DNA from: Coleofasciculus chthonoplastes F2-STO-03
Lineage (GTDB): Bacteria > Cyanobacteriota > Cyanobacteriia > Cyanobacteriales > Coleofasciculaceae
Reading direction: 5' to 3'
DNA length: 64,000 nucleotides
Assembly: GCA_040222015.1 (NCBI GenBank)
Contig: JAVJWO010000049.1
Span: 9,382-73,381 of the forward strand
Shown: in pieces, positions 19,626-29,704 of the stretch
Numbering within the stretch: the stretch's first letter is position 1
Layout of the letters: each line of letters begins with the position of its first letter
Translations under genes and position numbers: made by a program
Notes under the pieces: generated by a model
What the model was told of the DNA's origin: nothing
Databases searched by the model: none
What the model saw: the letters and a program-made list of their open reading frames with translations, nothing else

Positions 19626-22600
19626 CTATTCTATCCCTTCAATCCGATCCTCAACCTCCTGATACAACTCGCGCAACATTTGCAGATTACTCTCACTCGT
19701 CTCCCAATACCCGCGTCCATTCACTTCCAACAACGTGGACACCACCTTGCGGAAGGAATGAGGGTTCAAATTCATCAACCGCTTCCGCATTTCTTCATCC
19801 TGGATAAACGTTTCATTAGCTTCCTCGTATACCCAGTTATCCACCGCGCCAGCCGTTGCACTCCACCCCATGGTATTGACTAACCGCTTCGAGAGTTCTC
19901 GCACGCCTTCATAGCCGTGACTCAGCATTCCCTCATACCATTTCGGGTTGAGTAGCTTCGTCCGCGCATCTAAACGCACCGTCTCCGATAACGTCCGCAC
20001 TTGGGCATTTGCTGTCGTCGTATCAGCTATATAAGATGCAGGCGTCTTACCATCTTGACGCAGGGTTGATACCACCTTAGTCGGATCAGAATCAAAGTAG
20101 TGAGACACATCCGTCAAACTAATCTCCGAAGAATCCAGATTCTGGAACGTCGCCTCCGCCGTTTTCAACGACGACTCGAAAATCTGGCGATTCTGTTCCA
20201 TCGTTCCCGGATTATCTGCACTAAAGGCAAAGGATTTCCGGGTTAGGTACATATCCTGTAACTCGGATTCGCTTTCCCAAGTGCTATTCTCCACTGCTAG
20301 ATTTACATTCGAGGCATAGGAACCCGATGCATTGGAGAACACCCGCGTCGCCGCTTGGCGCAGATTAATCCCCATATCCGCCGCCTGTTGCATCGCGTGT
20401 TTGCGAACAAAATTCATCTCCTGGGGTTCATCCGCCTCAGCCGCCATTTTCACGGCTTGATCTAACAGATTCATCTGGTTGATAAACAAATCCCGGAATA
20501 CCCCAGAACAGTTAATCACCACATCCACCCGGGGACGCCCTAATTCTTCCAGGGAAATCAGTTCTAACTTATTCACTCGCCCTAACGCATCAGGAACCGG
20601 CTTCACCCCAACCATCCACATAATTTGTGCCAGGGATTCCCCATAGGTTTTGATATTATCGGTTCCCCAGAGAACACAGGCAATGGTTTCGGGCCAAATT
20701 CCGCCATTTTCCGTCCGATGTCGCGCCAATAAGCGGTCTACGACGATTTTTGCTGATTTTACCGCCGCTGTGGTGGGGATGGATTGGGGGTCAAGGGCGT
20801 GGATATTTTTCCCCGTGGGTAATACATCGGGGTTGCGGATGGGATCACCGCCGGGTCCGGGTAGGACATATTCCCCTTCCAAGGCTTTCAGCATCGCCCC
20901 AAGTTCGTTATCGGCGACAATTTGCTGGAGACAGAATTCCAGATACTCAAATAGGGGTTTAATTGCATCGGAGTCAACTTGACAGTACCCCGCATCAATT
21001 AATGCTTCTATCCAAGGGGTGCGTTTCCGCATATTAAAGAAATTCAGACTCGTCACCTTGGACACCCGCCCCTCGGCATCGGTTTGGGCTTGGACTAACG
21101 CCCCTACAGACGCGCGAGTGGCTTGGGTGATGTCTTGGAGTAACTGTACATCCGCTAAGACACCTCGGTCATTATTTTGATAAATCTCGTCGATATCCCG
21201 GTTAAGGCTGTTGGCGATAATTCGCAGTAGACTCAGGATTTCTTCCTCTGGACGATCCAGACTGGCAATATTTACTAATGTCGCGATCGCTTCCTCAGCC
21301 GTCGGCGGTTTGCCAATTACGTGTAATCCACAGGGTAACAGCCGCGATTCAATCTCCATCAGCTTTTTGTAGACTAACCCCACCAGGGTATCCCGTTCTT
21401 CTGAGGTCAGTTCACTGGCGTCTTTTTCGGGTAAGGTGATGTCTTTATCCAGATTCACCAAGCGGCATTTATCCATAATTGTGTTCACAATTGGAATACC
21501 GCGTCCGGTGTCTTTTAGGGTTTGATAAGACCCAATTAATTCATTCAGTTCCTTCAACCCTTTATATAACCCCGCATTCTCCGCCGGAGGAGTCAGATAG
21601 GAAATGGTTTCGGCGTAACTGCGCCGTTTCGCGATCGTGGCTTCACTGGGATTATTGGCAGCGTAATAGTAGAGATTGGGAATCGAACCAATTAAGTTAT
21701 CCGGGTAACAATCCCCTGACATCCCCATCTGCTTACCGGGCATAAATTCCAATGACCCGTGAGTGCCGAAGTGCAGTACGGCATCGGCTTGCCATAGATG
21801 TTCTAAATAGGTGTAGTAGGCGGCAAACCCGTGATGGGGGCTGGCGGAACGGGAGAACAAAAGCCGCATCGGATCACCTTCATACCCGAAGGTGGGCTGC
21901 ACGCCAATAAACACGTTGCCGAATTGCTTACCATAAATGAGTAGGTTTTGTCCATCACTATTTAAATGTCCCGGCGGTGGACCCCAGTTTTCTTCTAAAC
22001 GGGTGGAGTAGGGGGTAAACCGTTCATACTCCATCACCGACATGCGGTAGGCAATATTTAATTCAGGGGTTGCATACTGGGCTTGGGCGTCGTGGATGAC
22101 TTGTTGCATCAAGGCTTCGGCGGATTCGGGTAAGTCTTCCACGTCGTAGCCGTTATGCTTCAGGGCTTCCATGACTTTATAAATTGACCCGAAGACATCT
22201 AGATAAGCAGCTGTGCCGACATTCCCCTTATCCGGCGGGAAACTAAATACGGTAATCGCCACCTTCTTATCCAGTTTCGGCTTACGGCGCAGGCTTGCCC
22301 ATTTCAGCGCCCGATTTGCCACGGCTTCAATTCGATCCTGAAGTGCGATCGCTTTCCCGGTGGTGCCATCTCGTCCGGATAATATAATCGGTTCGATCGC
22401 GCCATCGAGTTCTGGGATGGCAATTTGCAGTGCCACCTGAATCGGGTGCAATCCCAAATCACTCCCTTCCCACTCTTCTGTGGTTTGGAAGACTAAGGGC
22501 AATGCCACCATATAGGGACGGTTGAGGCGTTTTAAGGAGTCGATCGCTTTGGGATGATCTTGTCGCGCTGGACCCCCGACTAAGGCAAATCCCGTCAGAG

Positions 22601-23609
22601 ACACCACCGCATCCACCAGAGTTACATTGGCTTGTCCCTTACTCGTGGGTGTGTCATAGAAAAAGGCATCCACGGGTTTGGAGAAATCTAGTCCCCCGGC
22701 AAATACGGGCAGAACTCGTGCGCCCATGGCTTCCAGTTCCTGTACCATTGCCACATAATGGGCATCATCCCCGGTTACCAGGTGGGTGCGTTGCAGGACT
22801 AAACCGACACAGGGGGCAAAGGGATCTTTTAAATCCTCGGAGATATCGTCGCGATTGTTATACCAGGTGAAATACTCTTTGACATCCTCAAACATCTTTG
22901 TAGACAGGGGATGCCATATACCCATGTCTGGGTAAACTACTGGGTCTTTAAATTCTAGGGTTCTGCCCTTAAGCACATATTTATCTGCCAGCATTAACAG
23001 GAAGTTTTCCAGGTTCTGGGAGGAACCCCCTAGCCAATACTGGAACGAAAGCATAAAGTTTCGGGCGTCCTGTGCCTTGTCAATTGGCATATATTTCAGG
23101 ACTTTGGGCAGCGTCTGCAATAGCTTCAGCATCCCATCTTGGAAGGATGAGCCTGACTTTTCTTTACGCTTCTTCATGAACTGAGCAATCGCACTCTTGG
23201 ATTGACCCAGTTGTGCCATGGAGAAGCTGCCTAATTTGTTTAGGCGCATTACCTGTGGCATAGAGGGGAATACCACCGCTGCATCTAAGCGATCGCGATG
23301 GGGTTGTACGGCGGCGACTACCTTATCCGCTAAGTCTTCGATAAAGATTAGCGAGGCGATAAAGATATTCGCTTGGGCAATATCTTGCTCAAATGCCTGA
23401 TAATTTTGCGGATCACGGAGTTCTTCGATTAAGTAGCCACTGATTTCAATGGCGATATCCGGCTGATTTTGATTAATTGAACGGACAGCCGCTGATAAGG
23501 CACTTTGGTACTGTGGCTCTAGCACGACATAGACCACCTTCAGTACATGACGATTCTTGGGGTCATCGGGGGTGATGTGACGAATGGTGGACTTGACGTG
23601 AGTGAACAT
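19626..23609 (-). CDS. chlH: Magnesium chelatase subunit H
   Basis: [39 protein letters not shown] and [11 protein letters not shown] motifs; 1327 aa. Confidence 0.99.
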   Translation of the reverse strand: MFTHVKSTIRHITPDDPKNRHVLKVVYVVLEPQYQSALSAAVRSINQNQPDIAIEISGYLIEELRDPQNYQAFEQDIAQANIFIASLIFIEDLADKVVAAVQPHRDRLDAAVVFPSMPQVMRLNKLGSFSMAQLGQSKSAIAQFMKKRKEKSGSSFQDGMLKLLQTLPKVLKYMPIDKAQDARNFMLSFQYWLGGSSQNLENFLLMLADKYVLKGRTLEFKDPVVYPDMGIWHPLSTKMFEDVKEYFTWYNNRDDISEDLKDPFAPCVGLVLQRTHLVTGDDAHYVAMVQELEAMGARVLPVFAGGLDFSKPVDAFFYDTPTSKGQANVTLVDAVVSLTGFALVGGPARQDHPKAIDSLKRLNRPYMVALPLVFQTTEEWEGSDLGLHPIQVALQIAIPELDGAIEPIILSGRDGTTGKAIALQDRIEAVANRALKWASLRRKPKLDKKVAITVFSFPPDKGNVGTAAYLDVFGSIYKVMEALKHNGYDVEDLPESAEALMQQVIHDAQAQYATPELNIAYRMSVMEYERFTPYSTRLEENWGPPPGHLNSDGQNLLIYGKQFGNVFIGVQPTFGYEGDPMRLLFSRSASPHHGFAAYYTYLEHLWQADAVLHFGTHGSLEFMPGKQMGMSGDCYPDNLIGSIPNLYYYAANNPSEATIAKRRSYAETISYLTPPAENAGLYKGLKELNELIGSYQTLKDTGRGIPIVNTIMDKCRLVNLDKDITLPEKDASELTSEERDTLVGLVYKKLMEIESRLLPCGLHVIGKPPTAEEAIATLVNIASLDRPEEEILSLLRIIANSLNRDIDEIYQNNDRGVLADVQLLQDITQATRASVGALVQAQTDAEGRVSKVTSLNFFNMRKRTPWIEALIDAGYCQVDSDAIKPLFEYLEFCLQQIVADNELGAMLKALEGEYVLPGPGGDPIRNPDVLPTGKNIHALDPQSIPTTAAVKSAKIVVDRLLARHRTENGGIWPETIACVLWGTDNIKTYGESLAQIMWMVGVKPVPDALGRVNKLELISLEELGRPRVDVVINCSGVFRDLFINQMNLLDQAVKMAAEADEPQEMNFVRKHAMQQAADMGINLRQAATRVFSNASGSYASNVNLAVENSTWESESELQDMYLTRKSFAFSADNPGTMEQNRQIFESSLKTAEATFQNLDSSEISLTDVSHYFDSDPTKVVSTLRQDGKTPASYIADTTTANAQVRTLSETVRLDARTKLLNPKWYEGMLSHGYEGVRELSKRLVNTMGWSATAGAVDNWVYEEANETFIQDEEMRKRLMNLNPHSFRKVVSTLLEVNGRGYWETSESNLQMLRELYQEVEDRIEGIE

Positions 23610-24212
23610 ACTGTTCTAGCTCCTTTTGATGCGTGTTCTCTTCTCATTGATAGGGTTCCAGGGAAGGTTGGCTTGGCTTCCCTTGGAATCGGCTTGGCGT
23701 TACAGTTAGGGCAACTTTAGTGGTTTTACCAGAAAATGCTGACCGATGCAGCGTTTTCGCCCTGGTTTGACACAATTCGATAGGAAGTTACTCCTATTAC
23801 TTTACATTTATTTACATTTACTAAAGTATTCGCTCTAAATATTATTCACAAAAATTTACACTTAAATCAAGCTGGGCAAAATTATAGTCATAGCTTTAGA
23901 CATAATAGGGTTTATGTAGACACATGACATTAGAATATATGGTAGACAGGGATAAAAGGACACAGACTCCCCAGCGAGGTTCGTGGGTGCGCTGTCTTGG
24001 CTAGATGCGATCGCATCTCCACAAAGAGGTACTGGTGCATACAAACTGGGCTTCCTTATCCCTTGCAGCGTTGGATTGTCTCCTGTGTTAGGATATCGCC
24101 AGTATTTGTGGAATCTTGTTGTAAGTCCCCTTTTCTTTAATGTGAAGGTAAAACAGATTTATTAAATAGACTGATAGATAAAAAAATAGTCTGTTTTTTA
24201 ATAGATAATCCT

Positions 24213-25295
24213 ATGTTAAAACATATCTATATTGATAATTTCCGCTGTCTGGTAAATTTTGAACTTGATGTTAATACAATTAATCTATTTTTGGGTTCTA
24301 ACGGAACAGGTAAATCGACAGTTTTTGAAGTCTTACAGAAAATCCAGGCATTTGTCAGTGGTGATAGCAAAGTCGATAAAATTTTTGACGCTGCCGACTG
24401 TACCCGCTGGCAAACCTTAGCTGTTCAACGGTTTGAAATCGAACTTCAAGGGAATGGTGGCAGCTACAAATACGAATTGGGTATTGGTCACAATCAGAAT
24501 AAATGCCGTGTTGAGTATGAGCGTCTGTGGTTTGATAACCAACCCTTACTGAAATTTGAGTTAGGCGAAGTTAAACTCTATCGAGACAACCATTCAGAGG
24601 GATCACAATACTCCTTTGACTGGTCGCAGTCTATGCTCCCTTCATTGATGCCAAGAAATGACAATACCAAGTTAATCTGGTTTAGAGAACGAATTCAACG
24701 ATTTATCATTGTCAAAATCATTCCCAGCTTGATGATTGATGAAAGTTCCCAGGAAGAAATGCGTTTGGCGATTCAAATGGAAAATTTTGTGTCTTGGTAT
24801 CGCTACCTTTCTGAAGATCAAGGTAAAATTGCTGAAATCGCCAATGTATTAAAAGATGTGATTGAGGGATTTTCTAGTTTTAAGTTTGAACGAGTAAGCG
24901 AACAAAATTTAGTGCTGACACTACGGATTACCGGAGATACAGATAATTCTCAAACCCTTGAATATCGATTTCGGGAATTATCCGATGGACAAAAGATGTT
25001 AATTGTTTTATACACGCTGATTTATGGCACAAAACAGGAAGACTATACCTTGTGCATTGATGAACCAGAAAATTTCTTAGCTTTACCAGAAATTCAACCG
25101 TGGTTGATTCAACTGTATGATTTTTGTAGTGAGGGACAACTCCAAGCGTTACTGATTTCTCACCATCCTGAGTTAATTAACTATCTTCTGGCGTCACCCA
25201 TTGGCTATTGGTTTGAGCGTCAAAGTAATGCTCCTGTCCGAGTTAAACGCATTAGTAGTGAAGTCGCTGATAGTTCTGGATTACCCGTCTCATAA
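24213..25295 (+). CDS. AAA_21/ABC-type ATPase (OLD/AbiEii-like); probable nonsense mutation just before the natural C-terminus
   Basis: IDNFRCL, Walker A GSNGTGKST, LSDGQ, IDEPEN and ISHHPE motifs. The frame continues LPVS*LIARRWLSESA*, where TAA probably replaced GAA. Confidence 0.85.
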   Translation: MLKHIYIDNFRCLVNFELDVNTINLFLGSNGTGKSTVFEVLQKIQAFVSGDSKVDKIFDAADCTRWQTLAVQRFEIELQGNGGSYKYELGIGHNQNKCRVEYERLWFDNQPLLKFELGEVKLYRDNHSEGSQYSFDWSQSMLPSLMPRNDNTKLIWFRERIQRFIIVKIIPSLMIDESSQEEMRLAIQMENFVSWYRYLSEDQGKIAEIANVLKDVIEGFSSFKFERVSEQNLVLTLRITGDTDNSQTLEYRFRELSDGQKMLIVLYTLIYGTKQEDYTLCIDEPENFLALPEIQPWLIQLYDFCSEGQLQALLISHHPELINYLLASPIGYWFERQSNAPVRVKRISSEVADSSGLPVS

Positions 25296-25317
25296 CTCAT
25301 TGCCAGGAGATGGTTAA

Positions 25318-25520
25318 GTGAGTCAGCGTAGAGTTCAGATAGTGATTCTCTGTGAGGATCGCCAGCAAGAAGTTTTTGCCCGTCATTTCTTGAAAAAGCG
25401 CGGTTTTAATGGTATATTTAGAGCTAAAATATGTCCGCCTGGTCGCCAATCGGGAGAACAGTATGTACGCACTCAGTATCCGGTAGAAGTCAAAACCTAT
25501 CGTCAAAATAGAAACCGTGT
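25318..25520 (+). pseudogene. ATPase partner with a TOPRIM-like N-terminus, truncated by a MITE end
   Basis: IVILCEDRQQEVF motif; at 25520 the sequence switches to TAAGTAGGTTGG...CTTACAAATGACGAATGACG. Confidence 0.65.
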
Positions 25521-25606
25521 AAGTAGGTTGGTGGAAATAAACCCAACCATATTAAGTTATGTAAACACCCCTCCAACCCTTACAAATGACGAATGACGAA
25601 TGACGA
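25520..25606. mobile_element. Partial heptamer-carrying MITE (TAAGTAGGT end)
   Basis: 25560-25604 matches the reverse complement of 46148-46190. Confidence 0.65.
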
Positions 25607-26515
25607 TTAATATACAGTACTTGGTGCTTTTTCATCAAAGGAAAGGTATTGTTTATTTGTTTCTACTCCCTTGCTCTCCTGTGGCTTATTTCCTGATGCA
25701 ATTGGCTGCTGTTGCATCTCCCAACTCTTGAGAACAATCAGATATTCATAGAATGCTTGTAACGTACACCAAGCAAAACCGGCTTGACCATCTAGACAAC
25801 CACCGAGGAAAAAATACATATAAAAGAAGCGCAGCAAAGGTCTGAAGGGAAGACGCAAGGACAAATCTTTTAACGCCCGCCGTCGTTCGACTTCCGATTG
25901 ACCCAAGCACAAATTCCACCAATTCACTCGTCCTTGTTCGAGTTGTCGCAACGTTTCAGCCGCCTCATTTGTGGAGTAGCGATTATGCTTGTCAATCCAG
26001 CGCGTCAAGCCTTTTGAACAGGTATAGTGAGGATAGGTTTCGTTGAGGAAATCTGTGGAACCGTTACAGACTTCTCGCTCGGTGTGACCATAATCTGTAA
26101 ACCAGACCTTATTTTTCTGAAACAGGCGTAATTGATAGCGGGGATACTGGGTGCTGTGGCGAATCCATTTACCCATAAACAGAACTCGTTCTGCCACATA
26201 ATAGCCGATGTGTTTGGGGTTTTGGATGGTGTCCAGACATTCTTGGAACAGTTGGGGAGTCAGGCGTTCATCGGCTTCCAGAATGTAGACCCATTCATAT
26301 TTAGTAGGAATCGCTTCCAGCATCCAGGTGCGTTGTTTTCCGTGACTTTCAAATTTGTGCTGTACTATCCGAACGGGATAGCGGGAGGCAATTTCAATCG
26401 TGCGATCTGTGCTGAATGAGTCTACAACAATGACATCATCTGAAAGCAGGGCAGATTCAATGCAGGCAGCGATGTCTAATTCTTCGTTGTGGGTGAGGAT
26501 GTAAATGGAAAACAT
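25607..26515 (-). CDS. GT2 glycosyltransferase (beta-1,4-glucosyltransferase-like)
   Basis: SIYILTHNEE, VVDSFSTDRT, ILEADE and KHNRYS motifs. Confidence 0.92.
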   Translation of the reverse strand: MFSIYILTHNEELDIAACIESALLSDDVIVVDSFSTDRTIEIASRYPVRIVQHKFESHGKQRTWMLEAIPTKYEWVYILEADERLTPQLFQECLDTIQNPKHIGYYVAERVLFMGKWIRHSTQYPRYQLRLFQKNKVWFTDYGHTEREVCNGSTDFLNETYPHYTCSKGLTRWIDKHNRYSTNEAAETLRQLEQGRVNWWNLCLGQSEVERRRALKDLSLRLPFRPLLRFFYMYFFLGGCLDGQAGFAWCTLQAFYEYLIVLKSWEMQQQPIASGNKPQESKGVETNKQYLSFDEKAPSTVY

Positions 26516-26586
26516 GAGTAGTGTTGCGTGAATTGCTATTAGATATAGAACTTCTAGATCGGTTTTGGATGAAATTTAATAGTTTA

Positions 26587-26677
26587 TAGGACTTACGCAA
26601 AGGCTCTATATGTAGGGTGTGTTAGCGTAGCGTAACGCACCTTAACCGATATATATGGTGTGGCTGCGTAAGTCCTG
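26587..26677. mobile_element. 91-bp MITE (TIR AGGACTTACGCA) with 5-bp TSD GTTTA and an internal REP
   Basis: gttta|TAGGACTTACGCA...GTAGGGTGTGTTAGCGTAGCGTAACGCACC...TGCGTAAGTCCTG|gttta. Confidence 0.88.
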
Positions 26678-26761
26678 GTTTATTCAAAAAGGGAGACCTA
26701 CCCAGGTATTTTTAGTGAGTGGTCTCCATATAGAAGCCATGTTTTTTGAGTGGCTTGAGGC

Positions 26762-26889
26762 TAAGCTATTCGGCATTTAAACCTTAATGTCAATAATGGC
26801 GAAATCCTTGTAGTGCGTTAAGCGAAGCCATGCCGCAGGCTTTGCATCTTGCTCGTTACTAATACCCAATTTAAATGCATGACAGCTTA
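26762..26889. mobile_element. TA-flanked MITE (TIR TAAGCT..GCATTTAAA) with an internal REP interrupted by a ~25-bp insert
   Basis: Colinear with the reverse complement of 32158-32260 apart from the insert. Confidence 0.82.
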
Positions 26890-26894
26890 TACAC

Positions 26895-27626
26895 TTAAGC
26901 CTTGTGCTGTTGTTTACGCTTGAAAGCTGAGCCAGCACCTAGAACGCTTACGGCTAAAAGTCCTAGAATAGAAGCGGGTTCGGGGGTCACTGCAACTTTA
27001 TCAACCAATAATCCGGACTCGAAAATGCGATTACCGACATCGGTAACACCAATTCCTAAAGTATAGGTTCCAGTTGTTGGGATTACATAGGAAAACTTCT
27101 CAAATCCTGTCTCATCAGAAAATGGTGTTAACGAGTTCATGAAGCTTAAGGAAGTGTCGCCTAATTCACTTAACGATGTTAGTGAAACAAAAGCAAAGTC
27201 ATTGAAACTCGATGGATCGTCGTCAAAGTCTAGCTCATCTGTAAGAAAATTCCAATCAAACTTGACAACTTGACCCGCCTTTGCTGTAAATGTTTGTTTG
27301 ATAGCAGACCCATCAGTTGCATTTCCATTTCCCAGAGAAGCTAAGCTGCCTGAAGATAATCCGAGAAAGTCTTCTAACTGAAATTCATTACTTGAACTCG
27401 TCCGTAGTAACGCTTGAAAATCTCCTTCCGTGGGACCAGAGCCAAATGCTGCTGTCTCAATACTAGTATCACCTAGGGTTTCCCATCCGTCAAAATTACC
27501 TGCCTCAAACCCACCATTAACTATGGACGCATAGGAAGATTCAACACTCAATACAGTTGAGAATCCAACCAGACTAACGAAGCTGGCGGCAAAAGCTGAA
27601 AGTTTTACAAGGGTAGAAGTAGACAT
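26895..27626 (-). CDS. PEP-CTERM sorting-domain surface protein
   Basis: Signal peptide, NGGFEAG motif, C-terminal TPEPASILGLLAVSVLGAGSAFKRK. Confidence 0.92.
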   Translation of the reverse strand: MSTSTLVKLSAFAASFVSLVGFSTVLSVESSYASIVNGGFEAGNFDGWETLGDTSIETAAFGSGPTEGDFQALLRTSSSNEFQLEDFLGLSSGSLASLGNGNATDGSAIKQTFTAKAGQVVKFDWNFLTDELDFDDDPSSFNDFAFVSLTSLSELGDTSLSFMNSLTPFSDETGFEKFSYVIPTTGTYTLGIGVTDVGNRIFESGLLVDKVAVTPEPASILGLLAVSVLGAGSAFKRKQQHKA

Positions 27627-27716
27627 ATAACTCGTTTCTCCAAAAGGTAAAAGCTATTTATTTAGCTGTCATTCGGTAGCTTAAACTGTCTCTTCAGCGC
27701 TGTCAGTAGGAAAAAG

Positions 27717-27875
27717 TAGGAACATCTCGGAGCAGTTTTATAAAGTTCCCATGAAGAAGTCACCCCCTTTATGAAGCGTTTGTAAAACAGTAGGCAGGTT
27801 TTGTAAAGTTTTCATAAATAAGTTGGTCAGGTTGATCAAGCTTGTGTAAAACAGTAGGCAGGTTTTATGAAGTTC
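27717..27875. promoter_or_regulatory. About 64-bp-period direct repeats in the divergent promoter region
   Basis: TGTAAAACAGTAGGCAGGTTTT at 27781 and 27845; degenerate third unit GCAGTTTTATAAAGTT at 27732. Confidence 0.55.
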
Positions 27876-27919
27876 AGGTCAACTTGCCCACAGGTGTGTC
27901 TATAGGAGTAAAAATACTC

Positions 27920-29347
27920 ATGCGTCTTGAAGAAGCACTTGAACTCTTGCAATCCTTTGTCTATACCCAAACCCAGCAACACTTAAATACTCTGCAAATT
28001 GCTGTACTGCGGGGTTCTTGGCAACATCAATCCTATGAGCAAATTGCCGAAACTTACTGTTTCTCCAGCGCTCACGCCAAGACAGTTGGTGCCAAGTTAT
28101 GGAACGTTCTCTCCCAAGTACTTGGTACAAAAGTTAACAAAAAGAATTTTTCAGTGGTTCTGGAACGTAAAGCGAAAGAGTGGATGGTAGAGAAGGCAAT
28201 CGATATAGCCACTCAGTCCGCTTTTCCAGGAACTTTATCGTGCCAAAACCACTTATCTGTTACATCCGCTACAAAAAATTGTCCCACATTCTGTGTCATT
28301 CCTGAATTACCCGGAGGTCAAGTTCCGCTAGAGTCTTCCTTTTATATAGAACGTCCTCCCATTGAAGAACGCTGCTACGATGCTATTGGACAACCCGGAG
28401 CATTAATTCACATTCATGCTCCCACCCAAATGGGGAAAACATCCCTAATGGCAAAAATTCTACAGCAAGGAAGATGGCAAGAGTATCATACTGTAACCTT
28501 AAGCTTTCAGCTTGCGAGTAGCCATGTCTTGAGTAATCTGGATAAATTCTTACAATGGTTCTGTGCCAGCATTGGTAAAAGCTTAGGGTTACCGAATCAG
28601 GTGGCTGATTATTGGGATACTATGTTGGGTGGCAAATCCAGTAGCACGGATTACTTTGAGAACTATCTGTTAGCAGAAATTGATAACCCTATCGTCATTG
28701 GCTTAGATAATGTTGAAGTAATCTTTCAATACCCGGAAATTGCCTCAAATTTTTTTTGCCTGTTGCGAACCTGGAATGAGAAAGCTAAGTACGGAAACAG
28801 TCTAAGCCGAGTCTGGGAAAAACTGCGGTTAGTCGTCGTTTATTCAACCGAGATTTATACGCCCTTGATGATTCATCACTCAGCGTTTAATCTGGGACTA
28901 TCCATTGAGTTGCCAGAATTTACCAGAGAGCAGGTACAAGATTTGGCATGGCGCCATGAACTCAATTGGGATATTGATCAGGTCAAACAACTAATGTCTA
29001 TAGTTGGGGGTCATCCCTATCTAATCCGAAAGGGACTTTATCACATTTTGAAACAAGATTTTACCCTAGAAGAGTTGTTAGTTAAGTCTACCGGAAAAGT
29101 TAGAATTTACAGTGAATACCTGTATCAGCAATTATCGAATCTGCGACATTACCCAGAACTTTATTCAGCGTTTACCCAAGTGACAAATTCACCAACACCT
29201 GTGGAATTAGAATGGGAGCAAACCTTACAATTACAGACAATGGGATTAGTGCAGCTAAAAGGCGATCGCGTGCTGCCTAGCTGCAATTTGTATCGTCAGT
29301 ATTTTAACGTTTCAGCGTTTCATCTACAAGAATTCTACCCTAAGTGA
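27920..29347 (+). CDS. N-terminal HTH plus AAA_35 (STAND-like) ATPase; likely start MRLEEAL
   Basis: GGAG RBS; LRGSWQHQSYEQIA HTH; FYIERPPIE, APTQMGKTSL and GGHPYL motifs. Confidence 0.85.
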   Translation: MRLEEALELLQSFVYTQTQQHLNTLQIAVLRGSWQHQSYEQIAETYCFSSAHAKTVGAKLWNVLSQVLGTKVNKKNFSVVLERKAKEWMVEKAIDIATQSAFPGTLSCQNHLSVTSATKNCPTFCVIPELPGGQVPLESSFYIERPPIEERCYDAIGQPGALIHIHAPTQMGKTSLMAKILQQGRWQEYHTVTLSFQLASSHVLSNLDKFLQWFCASIGKSLGLPNQVADYWDTMLGGKSSSTDYFENYLLAEIDNPIVIGLDNVEVIFQYPEIASNFFCLLRTWNEKAKYGNSLSRVWEKLRLVVVYSTEIYTPLMIHHSAFNLGLSIELPEFTREQVQDLAWRHELNWDIDQVKQLMSIVGGHPYLIRKGLYHILKQDFTLEELLVKSTGKVRIYSEYLYQQLSNLRHYPELYSAFTQVTNSPTPVELEWEQTLQLQTMGLVQLKGDRVLPSCNLYRQYFNVSAFHLQEFYPK

Positions 29348-29480
29348 TAGTAAGCATTACTTAGATTTTAGGCAATTGGTTAGTATTTATTTTTTGTTAA
29401 AGATTATATCAAATCAATATTATCTGAATAACTTCTTGCTGCGCTACTTCCTAAACAAATAGCATCAGAGTTTCCCGGTT

Positions 29481-29643
29481 GGAAAGGGGCGGGTTTATTT
29501 GGATCTGGGTGCAACCGAAAAAATAGTCGTAAAACCTGCCCCTACATGGTTTCACGGGAAATCCCTAAACCTTGGAAAGGGGCGGGTTTATTTGGATAGG
29601 GGTGCAACCGAAAAAATAGTCGTAAAACCCGCCCCTACATGGT
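29481..29643. repeat. Tandem duplication of a ~70-bp REP doublet
   Basis: GGAAAGGGGCGGGTTTATTTGGAT..AAAACC(C/T)GCCCCTACATGGT at 29481 and 29574. Confidence 0.88.
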
Positions 29644-29704
29644 GCAAGATGTGAGATTGCTCCAGAATAGTGCAAGCGACCCACTAAGCCGTAAGATCTA
29701 AAGC

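Noticed and set aside
23610..24212. Possible ncRNA or small ORFs between chlH and the ATPase
   Set aside because: No recognisable RNA family or convincing structure by eye; probably divergent promoters.
27717..27875. 64-bp-period repeats as a CRISPR array
   Set aside because: Only 2 good units, degenerate edges and no cas genes; an operator or tandem duplication fits better.
29481..29643. Direct repeats as CRISPR or att sites
   Set aside because: They are a duplicated REP doublet of a family seen elsewhere in the window.
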